From Hydrurus foetidus (taxonomy: Eukaryota), in assembly GCA_900617105.1 (NCBI GenBank), contig UYFQ01000723.1, forward strand, positions 1 to 64,000: 64,000 nucleotides of DNA, given 5' to 3'. Position 1 is the first letter of the stretch. The number at the start of each line of letters is the position of its first letter. Made by a program: the position numbers and the translations under genes. Positions 22,309-34,984 of the stretch are shown here, piece after piece. The notes under the pieces are model-generated. The model did no database searches, was not told the origin of the DNA, and saw only the letters and a program-made list of their open reading frames with translations.

Positions 22309-22744
22309 GTGAAAATCTTCAACCAAAAGCTACAACTAAAAAATATATTATTGGCAGGTCTGACCACAATAATAATATGTTCGTTTACCTCTTGTGCAAA
22401 AAGCAATGTTTCAAACTTCAACAGTTGTTCCTGCAGCTAGGGTTCTGTGAAAGTATCAAAAGACAGTAACAAAAATTATGTTATTAAGATTCAACACAGA
22501 TTTAGCAGAAGTAAATGGGCTTACACCACCTAAAAACTTATGTGGTTTGGTTAGTTACAGATGAAGATGTTACAAGAAATATTGGGCAAATAAAAAGCTC
22601 TTCAAGTATGTTATCATCAAAATTAAAGCAAGTTTTGAACTGTGTCTTCTAACAAGCCAACTAAAATATTTATAACAGCCGAAGACGATGGAAACGTTCA
22701 GTCTTATGGCAGTCAAATCATTATTAACTACAAACAAATTTTAA
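22309..22744 (+). CDS. Hypothetical lipoprotein
   Basis: IIICSFTSCAK lipobox; STVVPAA.GSVKVSKDSNKNYVIKI; KIFITAEDD. Confidence 0.7.
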
Positions 22745-22777
22745 GCACCCAATACTTATTAATTTAAAAACTATACT

Positions 22778-22926
22778 ATGAGCAATCTTCTTTATTTGAT
22801 AGCAGTTATTTAATCATCTTTGGGCAATTGGGTTCTTGCCTTTAACGTAAGTGCATCATTCATATTTTGTTGCTATAGCTGCCATATCTATTCTATTAAA
22901 ATTATACAAGGCAGCAAAAATTCTAA
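22778..22926 (+). CDS. lmo0937-family small membrane protein
   Basis: MSNLLYLIAV...WAIG...IIHILLL (stitched). Confidence 0.7.
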
Positions 22927-22952
22927 CAATTAATTTCAAAAAACTAAAAACA

Positions 22953-23440
22953 ATGAAAAAATTATCTTATCAAGTATGCTTTCAGTGATTGTATGTACAT
23001 TTACTTATGCTCAAAAGGAGCATCTCAATTAAATTTAGGTGTAGGTTTCTCTAACTGGGGAGTTCCTGTTTATCTAGCTTCGACCACAGAGTTAGCAATG
23101 ACATATCGCTTGGTTTGGAGTTATCGTATCATTGGTTACAAAGAGAGATATAGTGGAAATGACTACAACCACAACATTACTGGTTTTCTGGAAACGCTAA
23201 TTATCACTTTAATAGAGTATTAGATATTCCAAGCAATTTCGATTTTTATGCTGGCTTGAATGTTGGATTTTATGTGTGGTCATCACCTAATACTTATAAT
23301 GGAACTCATAGTTCTGGACTTGGACTTGGAGCCCAAATTGGTGGAAGATATTTTTCTCGCCCAAAACTGCTTTAAATCTTGAGTTTGGTGGCGGTAATGC
23401 ATTCTCTGGAGGAAAATTTGGATTAACCTTTAAATTGTAA
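22953..23440 (+). CDS. Small outer-membrane beta-barrel protein
   Basis: Signal peptide; QLNLGVGFSNWGVPVY; DFYAGLNVGF; GAQIGGRY; GKFGLTFKL*. Confidence 0.75.
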
Positions 23441-23461
23441 AATTATACCAATTAATGTAAT

Positions 23462-23498
23462 AAAAAGAGACCATAAAATTATTTTATGGTCTCTTTTT
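23462..23498. terminator. Bidirectional terminator hairpin
   Basis: AAAAAGAGACCATAAAA / TTTTATGGTCTCTTTTT between the convergent OMP gene and tRNA. Confidence 0.75.
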
Positions 23499-23499
23499 G

Positions 23500-23568
23500 T
23501 GGAGAATAACGGATTCGAACCGATGACCTTTGCACCATTAAACGCTCTACCAACTGAGCTAATTCCCC
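23500..23568 (-). tRNA. tRNA-Ala (anticodon arm garbled, possibly GGC)
   Basis: Reverse complement GGGGAATTAGCTCAGTTGGTAGAGCG...GGTCATCGGTTCGAATCCGTTATTCTCCA; G3:U70 alanine determinant. Confidence 0.85.
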
Positions 23569-23680
23569 TTGAGTTGCAAATATATAAGATTAAGATTTCT
23601 AAAAAATTTTGGAAGAATTAAACTATAAGTTTTTGCAGAGTCTTCAAATAGTCTTTTCTTTAAAATTTAAAACAAATATT

Positions 23681-24640
23681 ATGAAATCCAAAATTTAAAT
23701 TGGGTAGTTATAATGCTCTGCTGTTTTCTTTGCTTACAATATCTTGCAAAAATACAAACAATACAGATATTACTGTTGATGAATCAACACAAGCTAAGGT
23801 GCAATCTGATGATGCAACAACAGTAAACGGAGAAACAGAAAGTGTTGATGATGATGTAAATAATACTGTTGCATCTAGTGCAAGATTTTGTGGTTTAGGA
23901 AACATATTTGCTGTTGGCAATCATTTACCACCAGATGCAGATACTTCTAATCCAGGAAATACAGCCAACAGAATCATTATCACTTACAATGGAACAACAA
24001 TTGGTTGCAGAAAAACTGGTACAATAACAATTGATTTATTGAATGCACCAAAATGGGTTGAATCTGGGGCAACATTAAAATATACTTTCACCAACTTTAA
24101 AGTAGAAAATGTTTGTACTAATCGCTCTGTTAAAAATTAATGGAGAAAGATATGTAACAAATGTTAATGGTGGAAATCTAGTAAGATTAAAAGCAGGTCT
24201 TGTTCCAATGTTAAAACATAAAATAAGAACTGGAACAATTGGTTTGGCAACATTTACTGATAGCAGTGGTTCTAGAACTGCAGTTTGGAATGTTGCAAGA
24301 TTGACAACTATTAATTACCTTACAGACAACTATTATTTCAATGCAGCTGGTGATACAACAATTAACAACAAGCCTGCAACAGAATCTTGGGGAACAACAA
24401 GATTTGGTAATCCATATCAAACAATATTTACATCTGCAATAAAATCAAACACAAATTGTAAATTATGGAAACCTGGCTGGTGGTGTAATACACAGTGTTG
24501 GTAGTTTCAACTCAATTGTTCAGTTTGGATTAAATGCAAGTGGAAATCCAGTTGGACCAAATGATTGTGCAACACATTTTAAAGTTACTTGACATTAGCT
24601 AATGGTACAAGTTCAGCACTCATTAATACCATACAAATAA
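23681..24640 (+). CDS. Hypothetical lipoprotein
   Basis: LLTISCK lipobox; ORFs 23700-24140 and 24109-24504 are fragments of one gene. Confidence 0.75.
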
Positions 24641-24712
24641 TATAGTTTAGTTGGTTAAAGACCACCGACAATTAGTTTTGTCGTGGTCTTTCTATCTGAA
24701 AGGATAGTTAAA

Positions 24713-25651
24713 CTATCTGTGATCTTCCTCAGCATCCTTGTTATATGCTTTGATAATAGCTTTAACAAGTCTATGCTAACAACATCTTCTTCACTTAATT
24801 CAATGAGAAATACCTTCAATATTTTGTAAAATTCTTGATGCTTTGTGCAAACCACTTTGCATATTTCAAATCAATTTGAGTTGGATCGCCAGTAATAATT
24901 GCTTTTACATTAGCTCAATACGAGTTAAAAACATTTCAATTGTAAGTCATTTGTATTTTGGGCTTCATCAAGAATAATAAATGCATTATCAAAGTTCTAC
25001 CACGCATAAATGCTAATGGTAATTTCAATGGTTCTTGTGCTCATATAATACCCAAGTTTATCAGCAGGAATCATATCATCCAATGCATCATATAAAGGGC
25101 GTAAATACGGATCAATTTTTTCCTTTAAATCCCTGGCAAAACCAAGGTTTTCACCAGCTTCAACCGCAGGTCTTGTTAAAATAATTTTTAACCACTTTGT
25201 TTTAAGGCTCTCACTGCCAATGCAACAGCAGTATATGTTTTACCGGTTCCTGCTGGACCAATTGCAAAACAATATCGTTTTTATCACAAGCTGCAACCAT
25301 TCTTTTTGGTTTACAGTTCTAGCTCTAACAGTTTTGCCATTCGGTCCAAAACTAAAATATCATTTGGATTTTTTCAACAAAATTGTCAACTGTTTCTGCA
25401 TCATCGCCACCTAAAATTTGTTCAAAATAGTTATCACTTAAATGCCCATTTCGTTCTAGGTACTGAATAATTAAATCGATTTTTTCTTTTGCTGTGTCAA
25501 TTAATTCAGGTGCACCACTCATTTTAATTTGAGTACCTCGAGAAAGAATTTTAACAAAGGAAATTTCTTCAGCAAATCCAATTTACCATTGTTTACACCA
25601 AAGAATTCAATTGGGTTTTACTGTTTCTAGGTTGATGATTGTGTCTGTCAA
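24713..25651 (-). CDS. phoH: PhoH-family ATPase
   Basis: [55 protein letters not shown]. Confidence 0.9.
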
Positions 25652-25826
25652 AGTATTTATTTTGTTTAGCTAATCTAAGTTACAAATGAGATTACAATTA
25701 AAGTGTAGAACAAATAAGAAATTGTCTTACACGTTATACACAGAATGTTAATTGCCAAAGAAAAGCTTAAACAACCTATCAAATAAAAACAACTCACATT
25801 TTATCAACTTCTTACATTTGTTTATT

Positions 25827-27141
25827 ATGAAGAAGATATTATTTTTAGCTATTACGATTACAACGTTAAACAACATCAATGCTCAATCAACAGAAAAGTG
25901 GAGTTTAAGAAAATGTGTTGATTATGCAATGAAGAATAATATATCAGTAAAGCAAGCCGATGTGCAAGCAAGAATTGCTGCGTTACAACTAAAAGCAAAC
26001 CAAACTATCAACTACCAAGTGCAAGTTTTAGCACCAACATTGGCCCATCATTTGGTAGATCATTAGACTTATCTACAAATGGATACACCAATCTTGCTTC
26101 ATTATCTCAAAACTATAATTTACAAGGTGGAGTTGAAATATTTAGTTGGGCAAATTAAAAATAGTGCTGCTGCTGCTGAATTTAATTTAAAAGCTGCATT
26201 ATCAGATATTGAAAACAGCTAACGATGTAGCTTTAAGTGTTGCAACTTATTACCTTCAAATTTTATCTACCAATCAACAAATTAATATTACAAAAGTTCA
26301 AATACAACAAACAAAAACAATTTAGATGCAACAAGAAAACGAGTAGATGCTGGTGCTTTGCCGAATTAAACGCATTAGAATTTGAATCACAACTGCTGCA
26401 GATAGTACAAATTTAGTAGCAGCTGAAACTAACTATAATCGGCTTTATTGTCGATGAAAGGCTTGTTGAACTTAGATGCAGCTAAACCATTTGATGTTGA
26501 CATACCAAATGTTGAAACAATTCCTCTAGAAAATTTAGCAGATTTGCAGCCAGAATCTGTATATCTATTGGCATTAGATAATCAACCGAATATTAAATCA
26601 AATAGATTTAGAATTAAATCTGGAAAAAATATTTTAGTAAATAAATCTGGATTATATCCATCAATTACTGGCAGCTATGCTTTTAAGCACTGGATATAGA
26701 TTATTTAACAAACACTGGTTTTCTAAAACAGCATATTTCACACAATACAAACTTTAGACAAAATTTAGGAGTAGGGATTTCTGTTCCCATTTTTAATAAT
26801 GGAACTAATAGAATAAATTATGAGCAATCAAAATTGAATCTTCAAAATACAAAAGTGAATGAAGAACAAATTGAACAAAAATTGAAGCTAGATATTTACA
26901 CTGCTTACAATGCTGTTAATGCTTTGCAAAATTTAATGCAAGCAAAAACAAGTTGAAGTGGCACAAAAGCATTTGATTTTGCTACTAAAAGATATGATGT
27001 TGGACTACTAAATACATTAGATTTAATTACAAATCAGAATAACTTACTGAGAGCAAAAACACAAAATTAGCAGATCAATACGACTATGTTTTTAAAATGA
27101 AATTGCTAGAATTTTATAAAGGACAAGGGTTGAAACTTTAG
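25827..27141 (+). CDS. TolC-family outer membrane protein
   Basis: EKWSLRKCVDYAMKNNISVKQ; RYDVGLLNTLDL; KLLEFYKGQGLKL*. Confidence 0.85.
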
Positions 27142-27142
27142 C

Positions 27143-28113
27143 CTATTTTTTGTAGTATTGACCTTCAATTAATTTAAAGACCCTACCCTCTTGAAATGCT
27201 TTAAATGTAGCAGTTTCAGCACTGTGTGATTCTGCCCAAATTTTTATACTGGGTAGGATTAATGCAACACCAAATAACCATGATTATAGGCATCAAACAT
27301 TCCTTCTCTCACTAAATAACGTTGTTGATCAAATAGTCTGAAAGGAAATTTTCATTTTTATTTTCGTAGTACCAACTTAAAATAAATTTGGTTCTTATAG
27401 CCGTAAGTTCAGCAGCAGTAAGGCTTGTAGAACTATTTCCCAAAGTTTGCAATGCTATTTTTTCAAATTCACTTTTCACTGTTACTCCAGAATTCCCTAG
27501 ATACAATAATTTTTTATGCATCTAAAATCGTTTCTTTTATTTCGGCAGTTCTAGTTGTGTAACTTTCTAGATTCACAAAATTTCTCCATAAATAACAGTC
27601 AAAATAGTTGATTATTATTGTTATAATATAAAGCCGCATTATAATAATTGTTTGCATAATTAGGATCAAGCTCAATTCCTTTTTCCCAATTTTTAATAGC
27701 TTCACTAGTATTTTTTCAATTACATTTAAGTCGGCTAATTCACTATAAATTACACCGCTGTTGGGGAATTTAGTAAGTGCTGTTTTATACAAATTATTAC
27801 CACTCCTTATAAAGTGCTATAGACTTGTAAACCAAGTAACTGATAGGTTTCTTCACCAACAGCTGTATCCTTAAAAGTTTTTGCAGAGTTCAATGCTTTT
27901 AGCAAAATCTCTTTCAAATAACATAGATATGCAAAATCTTTTGTGCAGCAATATTATTAGGTTCGTTAGTTAAAAGCTTATTGAATACTAAAGATGAATT
28001 TTCGTAATCACCTCATTCATTAGGTTCTAGCTGTTTTGTATAAATCATTTGTTGGTTGTGCATTAGAGAAATGCCAATAATGAAAACAAGAAAACAGAAA
28101 ACAGAATCTTCAT
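27143..28113 (-). CDS. Tetratricopeptide-repeat protein
   Basis: YKTALTKFPNSGVIYSELADL; WEKGIELDPNYANNYYNAA; GMFDAYN.WLFG. Confidence 0.7.
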
Positions 28114-28184
28114 ACAAAGTATTTTTACCTCACAGTACACAACAAGAAATACGCTCTCTTCTATGTGCATATGTGTTGATTATC

Positions 28185-29378
28185 TTAATAAATCAAATGT
28201 GTTAATAATCCATCTCTCAACTTTGGTTCAAACCAAGTGCTTTTGGGAGGCATCACATTTCCACTATCAGCAATGTCAAATAATTGATTAATAGTAACAG
28301 GATACAAGCTGATGGCAGCAGCCATTTCACCACTATTTACTCTTTTCTCTAATTCACCTAACCCACGAATTCCGCCAACAAAATCAACTCTTTATCTGTA
28401 CGTTGATCAATAATATTTAACAAAGGAGTGAAAATATTTTCTTGCAAAATGGTAACATCTATAATGCCAATCAGGTCATTTGTATATGTGTGTTCACGTG
28501 AAGTTAATTTATACCAATTACCTTCAACATATAATCCAAAGTGTGCAATGTTGCTGTTATAAGTTTCTTTACCAACCAATCTCACTATAAATTTTTCAGC
28601 CAGTTTTTCAAAAATTCAGCGGCAGTTAATCCATTCAAATCTTTTACAACCCTGTTGTAATCCATTATGTAAAGTTGATTTGATGGAAATAATGTTGTTA
28701 AAAATAATCGCTTGCTGCCGTTTTATTTTCTTAAAGCTTTACTTTGGCACTTGCAGCTCTATGATGCCCATCTGCAATGTATGTACAAGGAATTTGTGTT
28801 GCAAATAAATTTGTAATTGCATCAATAACATTGCTGTCATTTGTATGTTGAATGATATCATCGGCAGTAAAATTATAAATGGGGCTTTTGTTGGTTTTCC
28901 ATTTTTCAATCAATGAATCAACTTCATCGTTATTTCTATACGCTAAAAAACATTTCCAGTTTGAGCTCCGGTTGTTTTAATATGATTGATTCTATCTTGC
29001 TCTTTTCTGGTCTTGTAAATTCGTGTTTTTAATGATGTCATTTTCATAATCATCAACACTACTTTACACATACTAAGCCAGTTTGACTTTTGCCATTCAT
29101 TATTAATTGATAGATGTAATACTCTTTGTTGTCTTGAAACAAGATGTTTCTGCTAATGAAAAATCTAAATTTTCTTTAGCAGTATCATATACTTTTGTAT
29201 GAATATCGATAGTGTCTGGTAAACAAATTTCACTTTTGGTGATGTTTAAAAACAATGTGAATTGCCTTGTACTTCAACTCTTGCCTCTGCTATTTAGCAC
29301 GTCATAAGGTCGGCTGGCAACTTGTTTTGCAAATTGAGCTTCGGGCCTAAGTGCTTTAAATGGTTTTATTATACTCAT
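28185..29378 (-). CDS. DUF1015-family protein
   Basis: IKPFKALRP; VASRPYDVLN; YIADGHHRAASA; MPPKSTWFEPK. Confidence 0.9.
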
Positions 29379-29419
29379 AAATTTTATTCTCTTTGTTCTA
29401 CAATCCTTGCTATTCTGTA

Positions 29420-29875
29420 CTATTTTGATGCTGCCTTTTGTATGTCGTTTATTATTTTTAGATGGTGCTTAGTATGTATTTCTAAAAATTTAATCGTGTC
29501 ACTCAATTTCAAATTTCCAAAATATGGATGTTTAAAATATTTATTTTTTCAATGTTTGCTAATTCTAAAATTGAAGTTTTAGTTTTTGAAGATGCACATT
29601 TAATGTATTTTCATCAAAATCAGGTTCTACCACTTGGATTTTCGCTTTACCTCTTGGTATTTTTCCAGTTAAATAAACTATATATTTAAGTGGTTTAAGG
29701 ACAAATTTATAGTTGCTGACATTTGATGTTTTGTTGCTTCTGCAATTCTATTAATTGTAAGCAATATATGTTCAATATGCCAACCAACTGACGATGCAGA
29801 AACACTTGTTTGCAAAACATTTTGCAAAGGTATTTTTGTTTCTAATTCTTGCAAAAGCATTTCGATTTTCTTCAT
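29420..29875 (-). CDS. DinB-like/DUF1569 protein
   Basis: [37 protein letters not shown]. Confidence 0.75.
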
Positions 29876-29883
29876 AAAACAAG

Positions 29884-30932
29884 TTAGTTTTGCTTGCAAA
29901 TTCTTTCATCAAATCACAAAATGCTTGCACACTTGAAAGTTCCAAAGCATTGTACATACTAACTCTTATGCCTCAACTGTTCTATAACCTTTAACCCCAA
30001 TCATTCCATTTCTTTGCATAAATCAAGAAACTCGTTTTGTAAATTTTCGTCTTCCATAAAAAACAGCATTCATATTACTTCTATCCTCTTTTTACAATTG
30101 GGCAATTAAAATGGGTAGAGAATCTGTTGTATAACAAATTTGCTTTTGCAAACACGTTTTCCATTTCTTTCAATCCTCCTTCTTTCTTAACCCAACGCAA
30201 GGTTAGTAGAGCGACATAAATTGCAAAAACTGGTGGTGTGTTTAGTAATGAACCACTTCAATGTGATTTCTATAATCAAGAATTGTAGGAATTTTCCTGC
30301 TTACATATCAAGAATATCCTTCTTAACAACCACTAAATTTACCCCAGCTGCACCCATATTTTTGAGAGCTCCTGCATAAATTAAATCAAATTTACTAAAG
30401 TCAATTTCTCTACTAAAAATATCACTACTCATATCACCAATCAATGGCATACTAACATTTGGAAAGCTATGCCATTGTGTAACCAACAGTATTATTGGTT
30501 GTAATATGCAAATATTTTGATGAACTAGGAACATCAAAACTTTGTTGATATAGGTGTACTTTCCATCTTTTGAAGATGCGGCAATATGAACGTTTCCAAA
30601 CAACTGTGCTTCTTTTGCAGCTTTACTTCCCCATACGCCATCATCACAGTAAGATGCTGTATCGTTAGAATCTAATAAGTTCATTGGCACTTGCATAAAT
30701 TGTGTGGTTGCACCACCTTGCAGAAACAAAACCTCGTATTCATCTCAATATTCATTAACTCTTTTACCAGCGATTTTGCTTCTTCAATTACTTCTACAAA
30801 CCAAGTGCTTCTATGCCCAATTTCAAGGATAGATAAACCAATACCATTAAAATTTAAAATTGCTTGAGACGCTTGTTCTAAAACTTCTTGAGGAAGGATA
30901 GATGGGCCTGAATTAAAATTATGCTTCTTCAT
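29884..30932 (-). CDS. serC: 3-phosphoserine aminotransferase
   Basis: [49 protein letters not shown]. Confidence 0.95.
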
Positions 30933-31019
30933 TTTACTTGCTTGCTAAGCTGCAAATTAAACGAATTAAAATTTAACAGAATATTTGGTGAAAATACTGT
31001 TGAAAATCGGGTTTAATGA

Positions 31020-31651
31020 TTATTTTGATCTTCTACATTTACAACACCACCACTTACTACAAATTTCATTGCATCTGAAGCCGAAAGGCTTTGAAGGTTT
31101 TAATTTTGTAGGAGGAACTATATAAGTTATTCCACTAATTGCATAAGAATGAGGGATATACACGAATAAAATCCTTCATTTCAAGATATTCTGCACGTTT
31201 GATGTGATAAAGCCAACTCTCCAAACATCTGCACTATCCACATTTACCAAAACTGGTTTATCAAATTTCTTTTTATCGCCAGCAAAAGCTTCAAAAATCT
31301 TTTCACAGATGAATAAATAAACTTAATTCCTGGTGTTTTTTCAAGTACTTTATCTAAAACCTCAACCAATCTACCTACCATAAACAATGAAGATAACCAA
31401 CCAACAAGCAATACCAAGCTTATAACAATTATAAAACCTAAGCCTGTATTTTATCAAGATTACCATTAGCATCCTCCTTAATCCAGTTAGGAAAATAGGG
31501 TGCATCATTCTTGGCACAATACCATCAATCCAATTAAAAACACTTACAATGGCAAATATGGTAATGGCAATGGGGGCTAAACTACCAGGCCTTGCAAAAA
31601 TATTTTACCAGTCTTCTAGCAAACTTTATATCTCAAATTCATATTAGTCAT
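31020..31651 (-). CDS. DUF502-domain membrane protein
   Basis: YFLQGLVVLAPIAIT; KTPGIK; AFAGDKKKFDKPVL; YIPHSYAISG; AMKFVVSGGVV. Confidence 0.85.
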
Positions 31652-31797
31652 CTATAATTTTAAGTAAAATAAATTCTTTTTAATTTAGATAGCAAAAGTT
31701 ATAAACAGCTCAATATAAATTTTGCCGTTTATCAAAAAATACTTAGGAAACTTTGGCAATCTCAAAAGTTCCCATAGTTTCGTATTCTGAATTAAAA

Positions 31798-32403
31798 ATG
31801 GAAACAAACGAAAGAATATTATTAAAAGCAGGTGAATTGTTTAGGCGATTTGGAATCAGAGCAGTAACACTTGATGAAATTGCAAACAATCTTGGCATTA
31901 GTAAAAAAACAATTTATCAATTTTGAGGATAAAGATGCTTTAGTTGATGCTGCTATGATGGCTGAATTTGAATGCAATTATCAGGATTGTATGAACTGCT
32001 CGGCACAAGCAAAAAATGCAGTTGATGAAATTTTTATGCTAATGCAAATATGGACGAGATTTTAGAAACCTAAATCCTATTATCATATTTTGATATGAAA
32101 AATTTCATTTTAAAACATTTGAAAAATTTAAACACATATGCATCAAAATTTAATGCAGATGGTTGCAGCAAATTTAAAAAGAGCATTGCTGAAGGATACT
32201 ACAGAGATAATTTAAACATTGAGATTGTATCAAGATTTAGAATGTCATCAATGTGGTTATTGTTTGACCAGAAGTTTTTCCTTCACAAAATTTGAATTGA
32301 GTAAGGTTTTTAAAGAAGTTTTAGAACTTTTCCTACACGGCTTAGTAAACCCAAAGGTTACAAATTAATTGAAAAATATAAAGAACAACATACAAATAAA
32401 TAA
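31798..32403 (+). CDS. TetR/AcrR-family regulator
   Basis: RILLKAGELFRRFGIRAVTLDEIANNLGISKKTIYQ. Confidence 0.9.
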
Positions 32404-32406
32404 ACT

Positions 32407-33712
32407 ATGCTACTACAAAAATACCAAAACTATCCCTGTATTATTGCTCCTACTAGTGATAAAAAGTAAAGGCACAAACTCCAACAGAATACAAATTTTC
32501 ACTGCAGCAAACTGTTGATTTTGCTAAGAAAAAATAATGTGCAAGTAAAAATGCACTATTGAATGTTCAAATTCAACAACAAACCAATAGTGTATGCCGG
32601 GCTGCATTACCAAATATTCTGCAAATATTGGGAACAACTTACTATATTGATATTCCAACATCATTAATACTAGGGAATTTTGGTGGTTCTCCTGGAAGGT
32701 ATATTCTTGTTCAATTTGGAACGAAATATACAACAACAGGTGGTGTAATTAACAGTTACTATTTGATGGACAAGTATTTGTTGGTTTACAGGCAAGAGAT
32801 GCTCTATGAAGTTTCAAAATAAATCAGTAGAAATTACCGAAGAAGCTATTAAGTAAATGTTCATAAAATTTACTATCAATTGGTTGTTGCAAAACGCAAA
32901 TTGAATTGTTAGATGCAAATATTGTTCGTTTCAAAAGTTGCAACACGATGTACTGAAATTTACAAAATGGTTTTGCGGAAAAATTACGATAAATTAGGTG
33001 TCACTTAATAATTACAAACCGAAAAGCGTAAAAGCTTTAATAGTATCGAGATTGGCTACATTGTTTTAAAACTTTAATAGGAATGCCAGCAAAGCAAACT
33101 TGATTCTTACCGATAAAATTACAGATACTGAGATAAAAGCTGATGCTCTAGTTGACAGTGCAAACTATGATGATAGAAAAGAATTTCAATATTTACAGAT
33201 TGCCAAAAGTTGGGTGAGTATAATATTAAACGTTATCAATTAAGTTATTTGCCTACCATTTCTTTTAATGCTTATCAAAAACAAGCACACAAAAGAAATA
33301 AATATACCTTCTTGAAAAAGGCGATTGGTTTACTACATCCTATGTTGGACTGAACATTGCAGTGCCTATATTCAGTGGGTTTAGTAAGGATGCAAAGTTA
33401 AAACAATCAAAATTAGAACTACAACAACCATAAACAATATTGCTAATTTAAAATTGAATATTGATGAAACCGAACAAGCAAAATTGAAATCCAAATCTGC
33501 AATAGAAACAATAGATATTCAAAAACGCAATATGCAATTGTGAAAAAAGTATATGGTCAAACTAAGAAAAATTTGAAACAGGAACTGGTTCAAACACAGA
33601 AATACAACTGCTTTGAAACAGAATTAAAAACCGCTCAAACCAACTATGTATTTGCATTGTACGATGCCATCATTACAAAGTAGATTACTTAAAAGCGATA
33701 GGAAAACTATAA
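32407..33712 (+). CDS. TolC-family outer membrane efflux protein
   Basis: FSLQQTVDFAKKNN; GLNIAVPIFSG; KVDYLKAIGKL*. Confidence 0.85.
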
Positions 33713-33747
33713 AAAAACTAAAAATACAACAACAATAAATAAGTAAC

Positions 33748-34916
33748 ATGAAAAAATTACAAATACTACATTCATAATAGTTGCAATGCTATTATCATCG
33801 TGTGACAAGAATCCTCTTGAAGCAAAAAGCAGAACTGGATAAACTAAAAAACGGAACAAGCAAAACTGCTGATAAAGTCAAAAATCTTGAAGCCGAAATT
33901 GCAAAATTAGACACTTCAAAAAAGAAGATATTGCAAAACTAATTGGCGCCAACCAGCTAGAAGCTGCTGATTTTAAACACTACATTGAAATACAAGGCAG
34001 GGTTGATGCTGATGTATTTCTATGTAGCCCTCGTTTAGGTGGCGGACAAGTGAAACAAATTTTCATTGCAAAAGGGCAACAAGTAAGCAAATGTCAATTG
34101 TTACTAAAAGCTTGATGATGCGGTAATTAAACAATCAATAATGCTGCAAAACAAAGTTTAGAAACAATAAAACACAGCTAACGCTTGCTAAAGATTTATA
34201 TACTCGTCAAAATAATTTTAGAAACAAGGTATTGGAACAGAAGTGCAAGTTATTAGTGCAAAAACTCAAGTAGAGACTTTAGAAAACAATTAGCAGCAGG
34301 AAATGAAAAATGTAAAACTGCTCAAGAACAAGCATCTGCATCAAACATATATGCAGATGTTGCTGGAATAATTGATGAACTAAATGTTAAAGTTGGTGAG
34401 TTCTTACTGGAAGCACACCTGGAACATCAATTCCGTAAATAAAAATTGTTAACAAAACTCATTAAAAGTTGTAACAGAAGTTCAGAAAATTATGCAGCCA
34501 AAGTAAAATCTGGCTCTAAAGTAGAAGTCATTTTAAGCGATATCAACAAAACATATAATAGCACTGTTACCTTTTAAGCAAGACTATTAATGCAAATAAT
34601 AGAAGTTTTATAGCTGAAGCTAAATTGTCTACGATGGTTTAATGAGACCAAATCAAAATGCAGTAGTTAGAATTGAAGATTACAGTGCTGCAATGTCTTA
34701 ACAACATCTGTCATCACAATTCAAATGACGATACAAAGAAAATTTGTTTACATAGCTGTACAAGAAGGAGCTAAACTCATCGCTAGGAAAAAAAAAGCAC
34801 TACAGGCTTGCGAATTAAACGGAAAATCAATTGAAGTACAAACTGAGCTGAGTTGAGACAGACCACTGAAGGTTTTCAAAGTGTGTATGATGGACAAACT
34901 ATTAAAAGTTGATTAA
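33748..34916 (+). CDS. RND efflux periplasmic adaptor
   Basis: Lipobox LSSC; FKHYIEIQGRVDA; KQGIGTEVQ. Confidence 0.85.
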
Positions 34917-34984
34917 AGTTAATCATCATTAAAACACCCAGATTTTGTAAATTAATTTCAATTGGTGAGAAATAAAAATAAATA

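Noticed and set aside
23525..23545. Aberrant tRNA anticodon arm as a novel or suppressor tRNA
   Set aside because: The arm is a few bases short in error-prone sequence, and the acceptor stem is a normal alanine type.
23559..23568. The tRNA-Ala 5' end GGGGAATTAG also occurs inside the array repeat
   Set aside because: Only 10 bp match, with no further tRNA structure in the repeat; likely chance.
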